A program made the translations under genes and the position numbers. A stretch of DNA of 64,000 bases from Methanomassiliicoccaceae archaeon (GTDB lineage: Archaea; Thermoplasmatota; Thermoplasmata; Methanomassiliicoccales; Methanomassiliicoccaceae). The stretch covers positions 384,001 to 448,000 of the forward strand of contig JAXGZN010000001.1 of NCBI GenBank assembly GCA_040776945.1, written 5' to 3'. The notes under the pieces were generated by a model. It did no database searches and was not told where the DNA came from. It saw only the letters and a program-made list of their open reading frames with translations. Positions 36,939-47,426 of this stretch are shown piece by piece. Numbering within the stretch: position 1 is the stretch's first letter; each line of letters opens with the position of its first letter.

Positions 36939-38657
36939 ATGGAGCAGCGAATACCGCCAAGTGGGTCCGGGAGCCTCACCGATTATGAAAGGACATACCG
37001 CGAGTTCAATTGGGGGGCTGTGGCCGAGGAGTTCGATTGGTCGCGAGAGGGAACGCTGAACGTCGCCGCGGAGGCCGTCGACCGCCATGCTCAGAGCTGG
37101 AGAAGGAACAAGATCGCGCTTTACTCGGTCAAGGCCTCCGGGGACATCCAGAAGTTCACCTTCGGCGAGATGGCCGAGCTTACCTCCCGCCTCGCATCTG
37201 GGCTGGAGAAGCTAGGCGCGGTGAAGGGGGACCGCATCTTCGTGTTCTTGGACCGGACCTCTGAACTGTACATATCGGTGCTCGGCATAACCAAGATGGG
37301 CGGCATCGCGGGTCCGCTGTTCTCTGCCCTCGGCCCCGAGGCGTTCAAAGACCGCGCGCTGGACTGCGGCGCCCGGTTCGTCATAACCTCGCCATATCTT
37401 TACAAGCGGCTGGAGCCGGTGCTCGACGACCTGACGGCCGTGGAGGGATACATCATTGTCGGCGATGTTCCAGAGCCGGTCCCGGGCACCATCGCCTTCG
37501 AGGAGGTGCTCGCCTCAGGAGATCCGTCCTACAAGCCTGTACCTATGCTAGCGAACGAGCCCTACATCATCCATTATACCTCAGGTTCGACCGGCAAGCC
37601 TAAGGGCGTGCTCTTGGGCCAGCGAGCAATGCTCCAACAGCTTATGGCCTGCCGCTACGTAGTGGACCTTCAGGAGGATGATACCTATTGGTGCACCGCA
37701 GACCCGGGCTGGGTCACCGGCACCTCAGTAGGCATCTTTGGCCCGTTGTACCTTGGAACGACCATCGTATCGTACGAGGGCAGGTTCAACGCCCACACAT
37801 GGTACTCCATCATAGAGAAGTTCAAGGTCAGCGTATGGTTCACCGCGCCGACCGCTCTCAGGATGCTGATGAGGGCCGGGGACGAGGCCATCGCCGAGCA
37901 TGACCTCTCGTCGCTCCGCCATATATGCTCGGCCGGCGAGCCGCTGAACCCGGAGGTCGTGCGATGGGGGCTCAAAGGTCTCGGGCAGCGCATCCACGAT
38001 AATTGGTGGCAGACCGAGACGGGAGCGCCGTGCATCTCCAACTACCGATGCATGGAGATCCGGCCAGGCTCCATGGGCAAGCCGGTCCCGGGAGTGGTGG
38101 CGGCGATCGTGAACGAGAACGGTATGGAGGTCCCCCCGGGCACGCACGGTTTCCTGGCCCTCCGGCCGGGCTGGCCATCGATGATGGTCAGCATCTGGCG
38201 CAATACCCCGAAGTACCGCGAGTACTTCGATGTCCCCGGATGGTACATCTCAGGCGACCAAGCGTACATGGACGAGGATGGCTACTTCTGGTTCCTCGGG
38301 CGTGCCGATGATGTCATCAAGACCTCCGGCGAGCGCCTCGGACCGTTCGAGGTGGAGTCGGCCCTGATCGAGCATCCCGCGGTTGCCGAGGCCGGGGTCA
38401 TCGGCAAGCCCGATGAGCTTCGCGGTGAGATCGTGAAGGCGTTCGTGATCCTTCGGCCAGGCTCGGTTCCCTCGGATGTGCTGAAAGAGGAGATCACTCA
38501 GTTCGTGAAGACCCGGCTGGCATACTATGCGTACCCGAGGGAGATCGAGTTCGTCGAGACGCTGCCGAAGACGCGCTCTGGCAAGATCATGAGGCGCGTG
38601 CTCAAGGCCAAGGAGCTGGGGCAGCCGCTCGGCGACGTCACCATGATGGATGAATGA
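36939..38657 (+). CDS. acsA: Acetate-CoA ligase (AMP-forming)
   Basis: YTSGSTGKPKG, WCTADPGWVTG, DNWWQTETG, GRADDVI, PKTRSGKIMRR. Confidence 0.92.
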   Translation: MEQRIPPSGSGSLTDYERTYREFNWGAVAEEFDWSREGTLNVAAEAVDRHAQSWRRNKIALYSVKASGDIQKFTFGEMAELTSRLASGLEKLGAVKGDRIFVFLDRTSELYISVLGITKMGGIAGPLFSALGPEAFKDRALDCGARFVITSPYLYKRLEPVLDDLTAVEGYIIVGDVPEPVPGTIAFEEVLASGDPSYKPVPMLANEPYIIHYTSGSTGKPKGVLLGQRAMLQQLMACRYVVDLQEDDTYWCTADPGWVTGTSVGIFGPLYLGTTIVSYEGRFNAHTWYSIIEKFKVSVWFTAPTALRMLMRAGDEAIAEHDLSSLRHICSAGEPLNPEVVRWGLKGLGQRIHDNWWQTETGAPCISNYRCMEIRPGSMGKPVPGVVAAIVNENGMEVPPGTHGFLALRPGWPSMMVSIWRNTPKYREYFDVPGWYISGDQAYMDEDGYFWFLGRADDVIKTSGERLGPFEVESALIEHPAVAEAGVIGKPDELRGEIVKAFVILRPGSVPSDVLKEEITQFVKTRLAYYAYPREIEFVETLPKTRSGKIMRRVLKAKELGQPLGDVTMMDE

Positions 38658-38754
38658 TCCGCGTACCGGGCGTCGCGAATAGAACGGTCTTCTGGAAAGA
38701 TTACATTTATTTATACGCGCGAGGAATGGTTCCATCAAGGACGGAAGCGCGGGC

Positions 38755-39762
38755 ATGAGGATCGCCGTGATGTTGATGGCCATGGCAATATCGTTGTCAG
38801 CTCTCGCCATGTCCGCCGACGCGGCTGACGCCCACAGGCCCGGCCCGGTGCATGGTCTGGAGATCGTCGCCCTTGAGGACCGGATCGTCATCAGCGGCTA
38901 CCTGCCGGAAGACCACAGCAGCTATGGCATCAAGGGAGTGCATATCTATAGGGGAACCGGCCCGGAGACCCTGTCTCTCCGATATACTCTCAAGGCATAT
39001 GCTGAGACGACTGGCTACTTCGTTTATCGGGACGTCGAGGTCGCCAACGGCGTCACCTACTACTACAGGGTCGCGGCCTTCAATGTTCTAGGCGATGGTG
39101 AGCTATCGGAGCTTTTGGCCGCGACCAGCATTGGGGCGCCCCCGGCACCCCAGGACCTGAGCGCCTCAGTGACATGCGGCTACGTCCGCCTGACCTGGTC
39201 CCCGCCGCCTTCGGATGGGGGGTCGCCGATCACCCATTACAGCGTGTTCCGCGGCCTTCGCGGCAGCGAGCCAACGCTCATCGCCAATGTCTCAGCCCTA
39301 AGCTACGACGATCGGAACGTGACGTTCGGCGATTCGTTCTACAGCTACGAGACATGCGCGGTCAACGAGAACGGACCAGGGAAGCATTCCAGGACGGTGT
39401 TCGCCTCTATGCCAATGCCAGTGGTGAACGGCCGCATCATCGATGCGCGGGGCGAGCCGATCGCCGGGGCCATGGTGACCGTGGACTCCAACGGTACAAC
39501 GGCGAGCACCGGTCCGAACGGGACCTTCTCCATCGCCCTGACCCCTGGGCCGCACCGCCTGACAGTGTGGATAGATGGGCGATCGGCCCATTGGATCGAC
39601 CTTGTGGCGCCGTCCGGCGCGTATGATCTGGGAGATATACTGGTGAACGATAAAGGGAGGGGGCCCGGGCTGGGACTGGACACCATCGCCTTCATGGGAG
39701 TCATAGCCATCGTGACCACGGGGATGGTCATTTGGGCCATGGGCAAGGCACGCATAAGGTGA
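38755..39762 (+). CDS. Secreted, membrane-anchored fibronectin type III domain protein
   Basis: Signal peptide, two FN3 units (YYYRVAAFN; LTWSPP..DGGSPITHYSVFR), carboxypeptidase-regulatory-like domain, C-terminal TM with basic tail. Confidence 0.85.
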   Translation: MRIAVMLMAMAISLSALAMSADAADAHRPGPVHGLEIVALEDRIVISGYLPEDHSSYGIKGVHIYRGTGPETLSLRYTLKAYAETTGYFVYRDVEVANGVTYYYRVAAFNVLGDGELSELLAATSIGAPPAPQDLSASVTCGYVRLTWSPPPSDGGSPITHYSVFRGLRGSEPTLIANVSALSYDDRNVTFGDSFYSYETCAVNENGPGKHSRTVFASMPMPVVNGRIIDARGEPIAGAMVTVDSNGTTASTGPNGTFSIALTPGPHRLTVWIDGRSAHWIDLVAPSGAYDLGDILVNDKGRGPGLGLDTIAFMGVIAIVTTGMVIWAMGKARIR

Positions 39763-40015
39763 GTACCGCATAGTGAGCTGCTGGGTCCTTGGCGGGACCC
39801 GGGACTTGAACGCTTTATCACGGCGGCGGTCGGAGCAGAGCATGCGGTGACGAGGCGCAAGATGGCAAGACCTGCAGTGCCATGGAGCAAGCGGTGGACT
39901 AGATAAACCATTCAAGGATCGCTTACGCCCTCAGCATGGCCATCGCTCAGATTTCCGGGCAAACCCACATATCTCTAAATCGATTTATGTTGCCTGCAAG
40001 GGAGAGACCGGGACC

Positions 40016-40372
40016 ATGACCTCGAAGGTTAAGGTGAACATGCGGCTGTGCGGGAAGACGCATCTTATAACCGTGGAAATGTTGGAGGACGGCACCTTCA
40101 GCTGCAAGATCGTCACCGATTGCGTGAACGTCAAGGACTTCTCAGAGGGTCTGGAGAACATCACCATGGCCGACCTGACGGACAAGGCCAAGAGCGGCAT
40201 AGTGGACCGCTACCGCAACTGCAGGATGTCCGCGAACTGCCTGGCTCCGGCCGGGCTTATCAGCGCCGGCTGGATGGAGGCCGGGATGATATCAAGGTCC
40301 AACGCCAGGAAGAACAAGGCCAACGATGTCGAGTTCCTCGTCGATGATGTTCCGGAGACCGGCCAGGGATGA
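40016..40372 (+). CDS. Small conserved Cys-containing protein (DUF6951-like)
   Basis: KVKVNMRLCGKTHLI...TDC...CRMSANCLAPAG...EAGM pattern. Confidence 0.6.
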   Translation: MTSKVKVNMRLCGKTHLITVEMLEDGTFSCKIVTDCVNVKDFSEGLENITMADLTDKAKSGIVDRYRNCRMSANCLAPAGLISAGWMEAGMISRSNARKNKANDVEFLVDDVPETGQG

Positions 40373-40488
40373 TGGCCTTGAGATTGGCCGCAAGGCCCTG
40401 CCCTGCACCTGCTCCATGACGGCAGTTCCATCGCAAGGCCGGTGGTTTCGGCCGCAAGCTATTTGGGGCGATACGCTTTGATAAGGTC

Positions 40489-41613
40489 ATGACCTCGGAA
40501 ATCGATTCCCGGTTCCCTCCCATAGACTTTAAGTGGCAGAAGCATGCTGCCAAGCGTTTCGCCAGCCCCTTCACCGGCCAGAAGTTCGACCGCATCGACG
40601 TGGACCCCATGATGCTGTCGCATGCCGCCTTGATCTCAGGATACACCATAAATGATTTCTATACCAATCCTGAGCTGGGGGCCAGATGCGTGGCGAACGC
40701 GTCACAGATGTACGATCTCCTACCGGTGACGCATTGGTACTTCTCGTTGCCATGGATGGACGAGCTTGGCGCCGATGTCATGTTCAAGCCGTTCCTGCCC
40801 CCCGTGGTGAAGGAACCGACCATCTTCGACGTGGAGGGCGTGGACAAGCTTGAGGTCCCGGACGTGGAGGATCTGGAGAAGGGCTGGACCGGTCGGCAGA
40901 TGATCAAGGTCCACGATTATGTGCAGAAGAACCTTCCTGAGATGTTCATACCGATGACCTACACCTCCGACCTGACCGGCGGAGGGGCCCAGTTGTGCGG
41001 ACTGGCCAACTTCATCATGTGGACCATGTCGGAAAGGGACGCCGCCCACAAGCTGGTGAGGAAGTACACAGAGACGGCTATCAATGGTGCGGAGATGATG
41101 GCCAACCGTTACGGCATGGCGTTCATCTCCACCGGCTCAGTGCTTGCCAACAACGACATATTCTGCGACGCCGACATCAACGAGCTGTCGGTGAGATATT
41201 TAAAGGACTTCGTGCACAAATCGCTCATGAAGGGCGCCGGCCCCCAGGTACTGTACCACCTGTGCGGTAACCATGAGACCTCCTACAAGCTGTTCAGGGA
41301 CAGCCTCGTGTACACGCCAATGACCATCATGCACGCCGGATACATGGGACGAGAGGTGTTCCCGTCGGATGTGCTGATGAAGGAGTTCGGGGACAGAGCA
41401 ACGATCATGGGATCGGTAGACACCAGGATAATGATCCTGCCCAATGCGAAAAGGGTATACGAGCAGGCAAAGGAGCAGCTGATCCGCGGAAGGGACAGCA
41501 AGTTCGGCTATATCCTCGGAACGGCATGCGAGCTTCCCCCTGATTCGCTTCCCATGAACGTCAACGCGCTCGTTCAGGCCGCCAAGGACCATGGCACCTA
41601 TGGTGCGTGGTGA
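40489..41613 (+). CDS. MtaA/CmuA (UroD-fold) methylcobamide methyltransferase family protein
   Basis: Zn ligands LYHLCG and ILGTACELPP; IMGSVD. Confidence 0.85.
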   Translation: MTSEIDSRFPPIDFKWQKHAAKRFASPFTGQKFDRIDVDPMMLSHAALISGYTINDFYTNPELGARCVANASQMYDLLPVTHWYFSLPWMDELGADVMFKPFLPPVVKEPTIFDVEGVDKLEVPDVEDLEKGWTGRQMIKVHDYVQKNLPEMFIPMTYTSDLTGGGAQLCGLANFIMWTMSERDAAHKLVRKYTETAINGAEMMANRYGMAFISTGSVLANNDIFCDADINELSVRYLKDFVHKSLMKGAGPQVLYHLCGNHETSYKLFRDSLVYTPMTIMHAGYMGREVFPSDVLMKEFGDRATIMGSVDTRIMILPNAKRVYEQAKEQLIRGRDSKFGYILGTACELPPDSLPMNVNALVQAAKDHGTYGAW

Positions 41614-41746
41614 GCGGACAGCGAAAACTGCATGGCCGCTCCTATGATATAGGCCATGTCACTGGGGGAGGGGCGCCGTGGACCGATCGGCGCGAACGGA
41701 ACTATCTGGCAGGTCGCCAGACCTGCCATCCTTCCCCTAGCAAGGA

Positions 41747-42082
41747 TCAAGGAGGCATTTGTTGCCGGGTGGTCGCTCCTATTATCCAGTCCAAATAATC
41801 TGTTGAGCTTTCCGCTATGTCGTAGCGGACTATGCATGGTATATCATACGGATGCAGATCCTTGATCGCATCTGCCACGGCGGGAAAGTCCTTCGAACAG
41901 ATCTTGAGCAGCGAAGCGAACTCGTCGGCCTCCTCCACCTTCCCTTTCCAGCGATAGATCGATCCTATGGCAAAGATGTTGGAGCACGCTGCAAGGCCTT
42001 GTTCCACCAGGTACCGCGATATTTCTCGCGCGGTCCGTTCGTCAGGGTAGGTGACAAGGACCGTGGACACCTTTTCGCTCAT
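41747..42082 (-). CDS. cutA: Divalent-cation tolerance protein CutA
   Basis: VTYPD...LAACSNI..SIYRWKGKVE...HPYDIPCI. Confidence 0.92.
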   Translation of the reverse strand: MSEKVSTVLVTYPDERTAREISRYLVEQGLAACSNIFAIGSIYRWKGKVEEADEFASLLKICSKDFPAVADAIKDLHPYDIPCIVRYDIAESSTDYLDWIIGATTRQQMPP

Positions 42083-42945
42083 GCTAGGGGTTAGGCCGTG
42101 AAGATGATAAAATGGCTCGGCCTAGCGTCGCGCGCTAGGCAGGATGGGCGTTGTCGTTGAGGTCGAGCGCTTACACCCCTGTTCGGATCACCTCTCGCCG
42201 AAGAGGAGACGGACCGCCTTGCCGCCCCTTGCGCATGCGGGATGCAGCATCGGAGGATAGCGTGGGCGCTGATGCGCCTTTCCGATGGTTGCGCGGGCCC
42301 ATTCACCCATGGCATCATGGGATTCAGGCATCTCGGGTCTCCTTGCGAGAACCGTGTCCCTACGCTCGCCTATTCCCTCTCGGGGACAGCGCCGGCAGCC
42401 ACGCCCATCCCGAACTGCCTGGAGGCCTTCTTTTGACACTCGCTCACATCATCCTGTTCGGGCCATGGTCCGGCCCTCATCGTGCCATCCGCAATCGACA
42501 ATATCGATCCATCCAGGCGCGGTCGTCGCACGCGCCCTAACCCGGTGGAGCCTGTCCTGCATACGCCTCAATCGGGCGAACGGCGGGAGGGGCCGAGAGC
42601 GAACGCGGTGGGAGCGGAAAGGGCGACATGAAGGTGAAGCGCTTCCGACATGCCTTCTCGGGTCAAGGCCCGATGATGACCCCTTGTCCGCCAGAGCGCG
42701 AGGTCCCCCTCTCGATCGGGCCTTCGGCCCCGAGACCGTTCGTTCTTTTTTGTTGTAAGAACCGTACTCTGACTAGGCCATCTCGTGCCGAGGCCGTTCT
42801 AAGGTATCGGGCCATGGTCGTCGGCGGGGTGCGTTTAGCGACCGTTCTCTGGACCATCCAATATGCCTGCGTTCGCTTAACGGTCCCCATCTATCGATAG
42901 GTGTAGAACGGAGCCTGTTTGGGTAAAGAAAAGCGCGGGGAACCC

Positions 42946-43458
42946 TTATATCGGGGCCCCCGGAATGGTAAGGATGTAGTACGCGTAGACGCCGGTGATG
43001 ATGGCGACCGCCATCGTGGACCATGCTGCCAGCTTCTTGACCTCCAGGCGCTTGCCCATGAGCAGGAAGAAGACGAACCACAGATATGCCCACACCGCCC
43101 ATATCACGGCCAGCACGGCCAACCCGTCCACCGTATATGTGTAGATGGCGGTTGGAAGTGCTGTCACCGCCACGAACAGGCAGTAGAAGCCCAACGCCCG
43201 GTTGTCCTCTATCTGCCACCAGAACACTACGAATAACCATAGGTAGGTGAACGAGAACAGCAGCGTTTGAGCGGCAGCGAATGCCGACTGAAGCACGAAC
43301 ACGAAATATGCCGCATTGAGGAACGTCAGCAGTCCAGTGAAAAGATTGATCACCGCTGTGTCCCTGGCTGTAGCATAGCCCATGATGTACAGCGCGTTAA
43401 CGAAGAGGACGGCGCCTACGTAGAGCAATCCGAGCCCGAGCAGGTTTATGTCCGACAT
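42946..43458 (-). CDS. amiS: AmiS/UreI family amide/urea channel
   Basis: LGLGLLYVGAVLFVN, LLFSFTYLW, LGFYCLFVA, WAVWAYLWF signatures. Confidence 0.92.
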   Translation of the reverse strand: MSDINLLGLGLLYVGAVLFVNALYIMGYATARDTAVINLFTGLLTFLNAAYFVFVLQSAFAAAQTLLFSFTYLWLFVVFWWQIEDNRALGFYCLFVAVTALPTAIYTYTVDGLAVLAVIWAVWAYLWFVFFLLMGKRLEVKKLAAWSTMAVAIITGVYAYYILTIPGAPI

Positions 43459-43495
43459 GCCTTCCCTCGTTGAAATAAAGGAGGGGATCTGGCCC

Positions 43496-44533
43496 CTATT
43501 TGTTCCTGATTCCTGCCACAGGGCACACGTTAGTTCCTGGCGTAGATCTGGTGACCTTCTCTATCTGCTTCCTCGCCTTGGCCGGGTCCTGGACCCAGTC
43601 CTTATAGAAGTCGTAGGGACATTCTATAAGGCCTTCCTTCTCCCCGGAGGCCAGCTCGGCGGTGTACCCGCGGTGCAGCAGCTTGTAGAGGTGGTTCTGG
43701 CTCTGCCAGTTCTTTCGCGCGTCCCTGATCGACGACACGGACAGCTCGGCGTATTGGTTCTCCATCTCGTTGGTCTCGGTCTCTCCGAGCACGTGGCCGT
43801 CGTATCCGATGATCGCCGAGTGCCCAAAGAACGAATAGACCCCATCATAGCCTGCCATGTTGGCCACCGCCACATAACTGGTGTTATGCCAAGCGGAGGC
43901 GCGGGCATTGATGCCTTGCTGTTCCTTGGACGGGTACATGTACCCTTGGCATCGAACGATCAGCTCGGCGCCCTTGTATGCGCAGTCCCTCCAGATCTCT
44001 GGATAGTTGCCATCGTCGCATATTATCAGGCTGACCTTGATGCCTTTTGGCCCTTCGCTCACGTATGTCTTGTTCCCCGCCGTCCATCCCTCGATGGGGC
44101 ACCAAGGCATGATCTTCCGGTACTTCTGGACTATCTTTCCCTTGTCGTCGATGAGTATCAACGTGTTGTATGGGTTCTTTTTCGGATGGTCCTCATGCAG
44201 CTCCCCGGTTATTGAGAACACTCCCCAGACACCGTTGTCCTTGCACGCCTGAGCAAAGATATCGGTCTCCGGTCCGGGAATGGTGGTGGAGAGCTCCATC
44301 ATCTCGTTCTTATCGTAGAGGACTCCCTCGGTGCTATACTCTGGGAAGATTATAAGGTCCAGTCCTGGATGGCCGGCCTTCATCCCAGTTATGTAGTTAG
44401 CGATCCCTCGGCAGTTCTCCATTATCTTCTCTCTGCCTCCAACTCCAAGCTTCGGAAACGTCTTAAGGGGCGGATAGTTGACAACGCCAACTCCCACGGT
44501 GTCGTTGGAGGAAGAGATGTCTCCATGTCTCAT
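43496..44533 (-). CDS. amiE: Aliphatic amidase (nitrilase superfamily)
   Basis: [16 protein letters not shown]-terminus; catalytic triad FPEYS / [13 protein letters not shown] / [14 protein letters not shown]. Confidence 0.95.
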   Translation of the reverse strand: MRHGDISSSNDTVGVGVVNYPPLKTFPKLGVGGREKIMENCRGIANYITGMKAGHPGLDLIIFPEYSTEGVLYDKNEMMELSTTIPGPETDIFAQACKDNGVWGVFSITGELHEDHPKKNPYNTLILIDDKGKIVQKYRKIMPWCPIEGWTAGNKTYVSEGPKGIKVSLIICDDGNYPEIWRDCAYKGAELIVRCQGYMYPSKEQQGINARASAWHNTSYVAVANMAGYDGVYSFFGHSAIIGYDGHVLGETETNEMENQYAELSVSSIRDARKNWQSQNHLYKLLHRGYTAELASGEKEGLIECPYDFYKDWVQDPAKARKQIEKVTRSTPGTNVCPVAGIRNK

Positions 44534-44589
44534 TTCATTACACCTCCGTTCCACCGTTCTAGTCAAGTACGGTACCGATGTGTTTGTGC

Positions 44590-44710
44590 TCCACTAGTAT
44601 TAATAACTTATTTTATTATATTAATCAAGCTTAATAATATATATGTATTTTTTTTAAAACTAAAACGCTTTTTATTTAAACACAATGCATTTTTAATATC
44701 TAGGCATAAA
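44590..44710 (-). promoter_or_regulatory. Extremely AT-rich promoter region of amiE
   Basis: About 120 bp almost entirely A/T with several TATA-like boxes directly upstream of amiE; GGAGGTG SD near the start. Confidence 0.55.
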
Positions 44711-44915
44711 GTCATGCTCCACCGCTATCGCTCTTCATGCGGGCAATGCCGTTCGATCTTGCCCGCCGAACAGGCCGGTGCTGTGATGTCGACCGGACCT
44801 GGATGGGTGCCGACCGTTGATGCTGGACTATCTGAGAAGATGTCGGGACGCCCTTCATGCTGAGCCTTGAGGATGCGATTTATAGATGAAGACATGGTCG
44901 TAGAGGGGGGCCGAC

Positions 44916-45316
44916 GAGATCCTCAAGGAGAGGGAGTATCGCGGGAAGAGAAGCGGACTTGAGCAGTTCCTCTGCCTCGTCCCCAATATCCCCAATGGTA
45001 AGGGCGCAATCCATTCCTCAAACCACTTCAGGAAGCTCTAGAAGAAGTTTCAGGATGCATCGGGGTTGAATTCAGGCTAAAGGACCATCGTAGCACATTC
45101 GCCGCTTAGACCATCCAGAAGGGCCCTTCCCTCATGTCCGAAGTCTCGCAACAGCTTGGACATTCGTCCCAAGTGACAACTCAGAGGTTCTACGCCGACA
45201 TGAACCTCGTCGACACTGGGGGCAAGCTCAGGCAGGCCTGGTTCGGAAGAGCTAGGCCCCCAACCTCGGTAAGAGGACAGAGTCCCCATTGTTCATCGGC
45301 GATAGATCTCGAATAA
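44916..45316 (+). pseudogene. Tyrosine integrase C-terminal remnant
   Basis: SSNHFRKL*KK (TAG 45039), frameshift, VEFRLKDHRSTFAA*TI (TAG 45107), VSQQLGHSSQVTTQRFY (box II LGH...Y). Points toward the tRNA 3' end. Confidence 0.75.
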
Positions 45317-45385
45317 AAGAAGGATGGGATTTCTATCAGGGCTTTGATAGGGGGCAGTGAGCATCTGCCCGGATATGGATAAGAG

Positions 45386-45460
45386 TGCTCCCGCCGGGAT
45401 TTGAACCCGGGTGTCGGACTCGAAAGGCCCGAATGATTGGCCGGACTACACTACGGGAGC
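45386..45460 (-). tRNA. tRNA-Glu(UUC)
   Basis: GCTCCCGTAGTGTAGTCCGGCCAATCATTCGGGCCTTTCGAGTCCGACACCCGGGTTCAAATCCCGGCGGGAGCA folds as a cloverleaf, anticodon TTC, no encoded CCA. Confidence 0.96.
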
Positions 45461-45585
45461 TTGGCAAGTTCGATAAGAGAAGATATACTTAATCCTTGGC
45501 CAAGGCGCCCATTGGTCCTCGCTGGTGTGTCTCCGTCCTGTATCGAATAGAGTGTCTCCGCGCCAATCCGGCCTCTCACCCCATG

Positions 45586-47313
45586 TTACGGAGTCAGGGG
45601 CGACGGCCGCATCGAGGAATGCGCCATCGCATGAGCGCCATTTACCATCCGGTAGGTGCCCTTTGGCGCCCGGATCACGAATCTCGCGCCTTCCCCCGGC
45701 GCTCCCTCTTCAGTGATGGTCATGTTGCTGTGGGCCAGGATCTCTCGTGAGAGGTAAAGGCCGAGGCCGCTGTTGTGCCCGGCCCCTTTGATGAACAGGG
45801 CCGATCTCATCTTCGGATCTATCCCCATGCCATCATCGGTGTAGATCAGCTGCAATCCAGCATCGTCCTCCACCGCGGTCAGGCGTAGGTCCCTCACCTT
45901 CCCGCCGTGGGCGATGGAGTTCTGCATTAGATTATAGAACACCTTCCCCAGCAGCAGGTCCGCGAGCATTTCCACACCTTTGACGTCCACGCTGAGCTTC
46001 GCTCCTTTGAGGTCCAGCGCCGCACCTGTCTCCAACATCTTGTCCTCCACGCTCTGCCACACCGGCACCCGCTTCGGCATCTCCTGATAGTCCTTGGCGA
46101 ACTGCATCTGGGCCTGGATGCTCTGGGCGGCCCTGTAACTGGCGTCGATGTGCCTCTGGATAGCGGCAGCGTCGGTCTTGCTGGCAGCCATGACGAGATT
46201 TCCCTCGATCACTGTAAGCTGGTTCAGCACGTCGTGCCTGGTGATGCTGTTCATCAGGTCCAATGTGTGCTTGGCCGCCCTGGCCTCGGCCTCGGCCTTC
46301 CTTTGGGCCGATACCTCCCGAAGCATGATCGTCTTTCCCACGGGACGGCCCGCGTAATCCTTTATTGTGAGCACGGTGACATCGAAGAACCTGCCAGGGG
46401 CGAGCTCGTGCACATCTTCCATGTCCATATTGGTCTTTCCCGTTCCTGCGAGGGCGTACCTGGGGAAGGTCGGCAGAACGTCCTCCAGCCGGCTGTTCGA
46501 TTTGCTGATGTTGCTCCCGGACAGTGCTTCCGCCACCGGGTTCTGGTACACGATAACGTCGTTCACGTCAAGAATGAAGAACCCATTCCTCGACAGATGG
46601 AGTATCCTCTCCATCTCGAAAGGTATCATCGAGAACAGCTCGAAACCGAACGCCCCTACGAACAGCAGCAGGTCCGATGCCAGGAACCCCATGACGAGCA
46701 TTATGCCGCCTGCTATCGGCACCACCCCTGTGAAGTTGAGGAGGACGGAGCTGATGGCCAAGACCGCCGCGAGGCAGGTTATACCTACCTTGGGCCGATG
46801 TGAGCTAGACGCCCTTATGAACTGCGAGAACAGAACGCTGAGCCCTGCGAGCATGATCACGGCGGCGTAGCTCATGTATCCATAGAACAGCGGACCGTAT
46901 ACTGGCTCAAATGAAAGGTAGTAGTCGCTGGAAAGCACGACGCTGCTGTAGAACAGATGGTGATAGGGATTGGTGATCACCGCAACCAGCGTCAATGAAA
47001 GCGGCACAAGCAGTAACGTCCATATTTTCCAATCCACCTTGGTGTCCGTTCCATACTGGAGCGAGAGAAGGAAGAACGATGCCACCGCGGTGACGTAGCC
47101 CAGGTACTCCAGGTTGTTCCACATCAGTTTAGTGCCCAGGTCGGGAGAGGCGACCTCAAGGACATATCCCCAGAATATCAGATTCTGAGCGACCATGAGC
47201 ATTATGAAGGGCAGTTTGAAGTTGCGCTTGCTGTTCTCCCTGACCACCGCCCCTAGACCTACAGATATCACTGTCAGTACTACGGCCATGATCACCAAGG
47301 TCAGTTCCAGCAT
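45586..47313 (-). CDS. Sensor histidine kinase with HisKA_7TM N-terminus and PAS-like domain
   Basis: Seven TM segments, ITRHDVLNQL H-box, NLMQNSIAHG, DDGMGI, GLGLYL. Confidence 0.9.
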   Translation of the reverse strand: MLELTLVIMAVVLTVISVGLGAVVRENSKRNFKLPFIMLMVAQNLIFWGYVLEVASPDLGTKLMWNNLEYLGYVTAVASFFLLSLQYGTDTKVDWKIWTLLLVPLSLTLVAVITNPYHHLFYSSVVLSSDYYLSFEPVYGPLFYGYMSYAAVIMLAGLSVLFSQFIRASSSHRPKVGITCLAAVLAISSVLLNFTGVVPIAGGIMLVMGFLASDLLLFVGAFGFELFSMIPFEMERILHLSRNGFFILDVNDVIVYQNPVAEALSGSNISKSNSRLEDVLPTFPRYALAGTGKTNMDMEDVHELAPGRFFDVTVLTIKDYAGRPVGKTIMLREVSAQRKAEAEARAAKHTLDLMNSITRHDVLNQLTVIEGNLVMAASKTDAAAIQRHIDASYRAAQSIQAQMQFAKDYQEMPKRVPVWQSVEDKMLETGAALDLKGAKLSVDVKGVEMLADLLLGKVFYNLMQNSIAHGGKVRDLRLTAVEDDAGLQLIYTDDGMGIDPKMRSALFIKGAGHNSGLGLYLSREILAHSNMTITEEGAPGEGARFVIRAPKGTYRMVNGAHAMAHSSMRPSPLTP

Positions 47314-47426
47314 CTGGTTGATAATTTATAATCTAAGAATATAATATTGATTGGACAAATGTCGAGCGGTGAAAATCACCTCCTTTTAAAGAGAGGACTA
47401 ATAAGTTCCTAAGGCGTCATCCTTTC

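Noticed and set aside
42090-42620. RNase P or SRP RNA, or an ABC ATPase remnant
   Set aside because: Some GC hairpins are present, but I found no RNase P (GAGGAAAGTCC-type) or SRP helix-8 motifs and no convincing protein motif.
42780-42890. Second tyrosine recombinase relic (VQRTVAKRTPPTTMARYL)
   Set aside because: Only a vague resemblance to box II, lacking LGH; too short to support.
44916-45316. Integrase rescued by pyrrolysine read-through of two TAG codons
   Set aside because: There is also a frameshift and the N-terminal part is missing, so it is a pseudogene.
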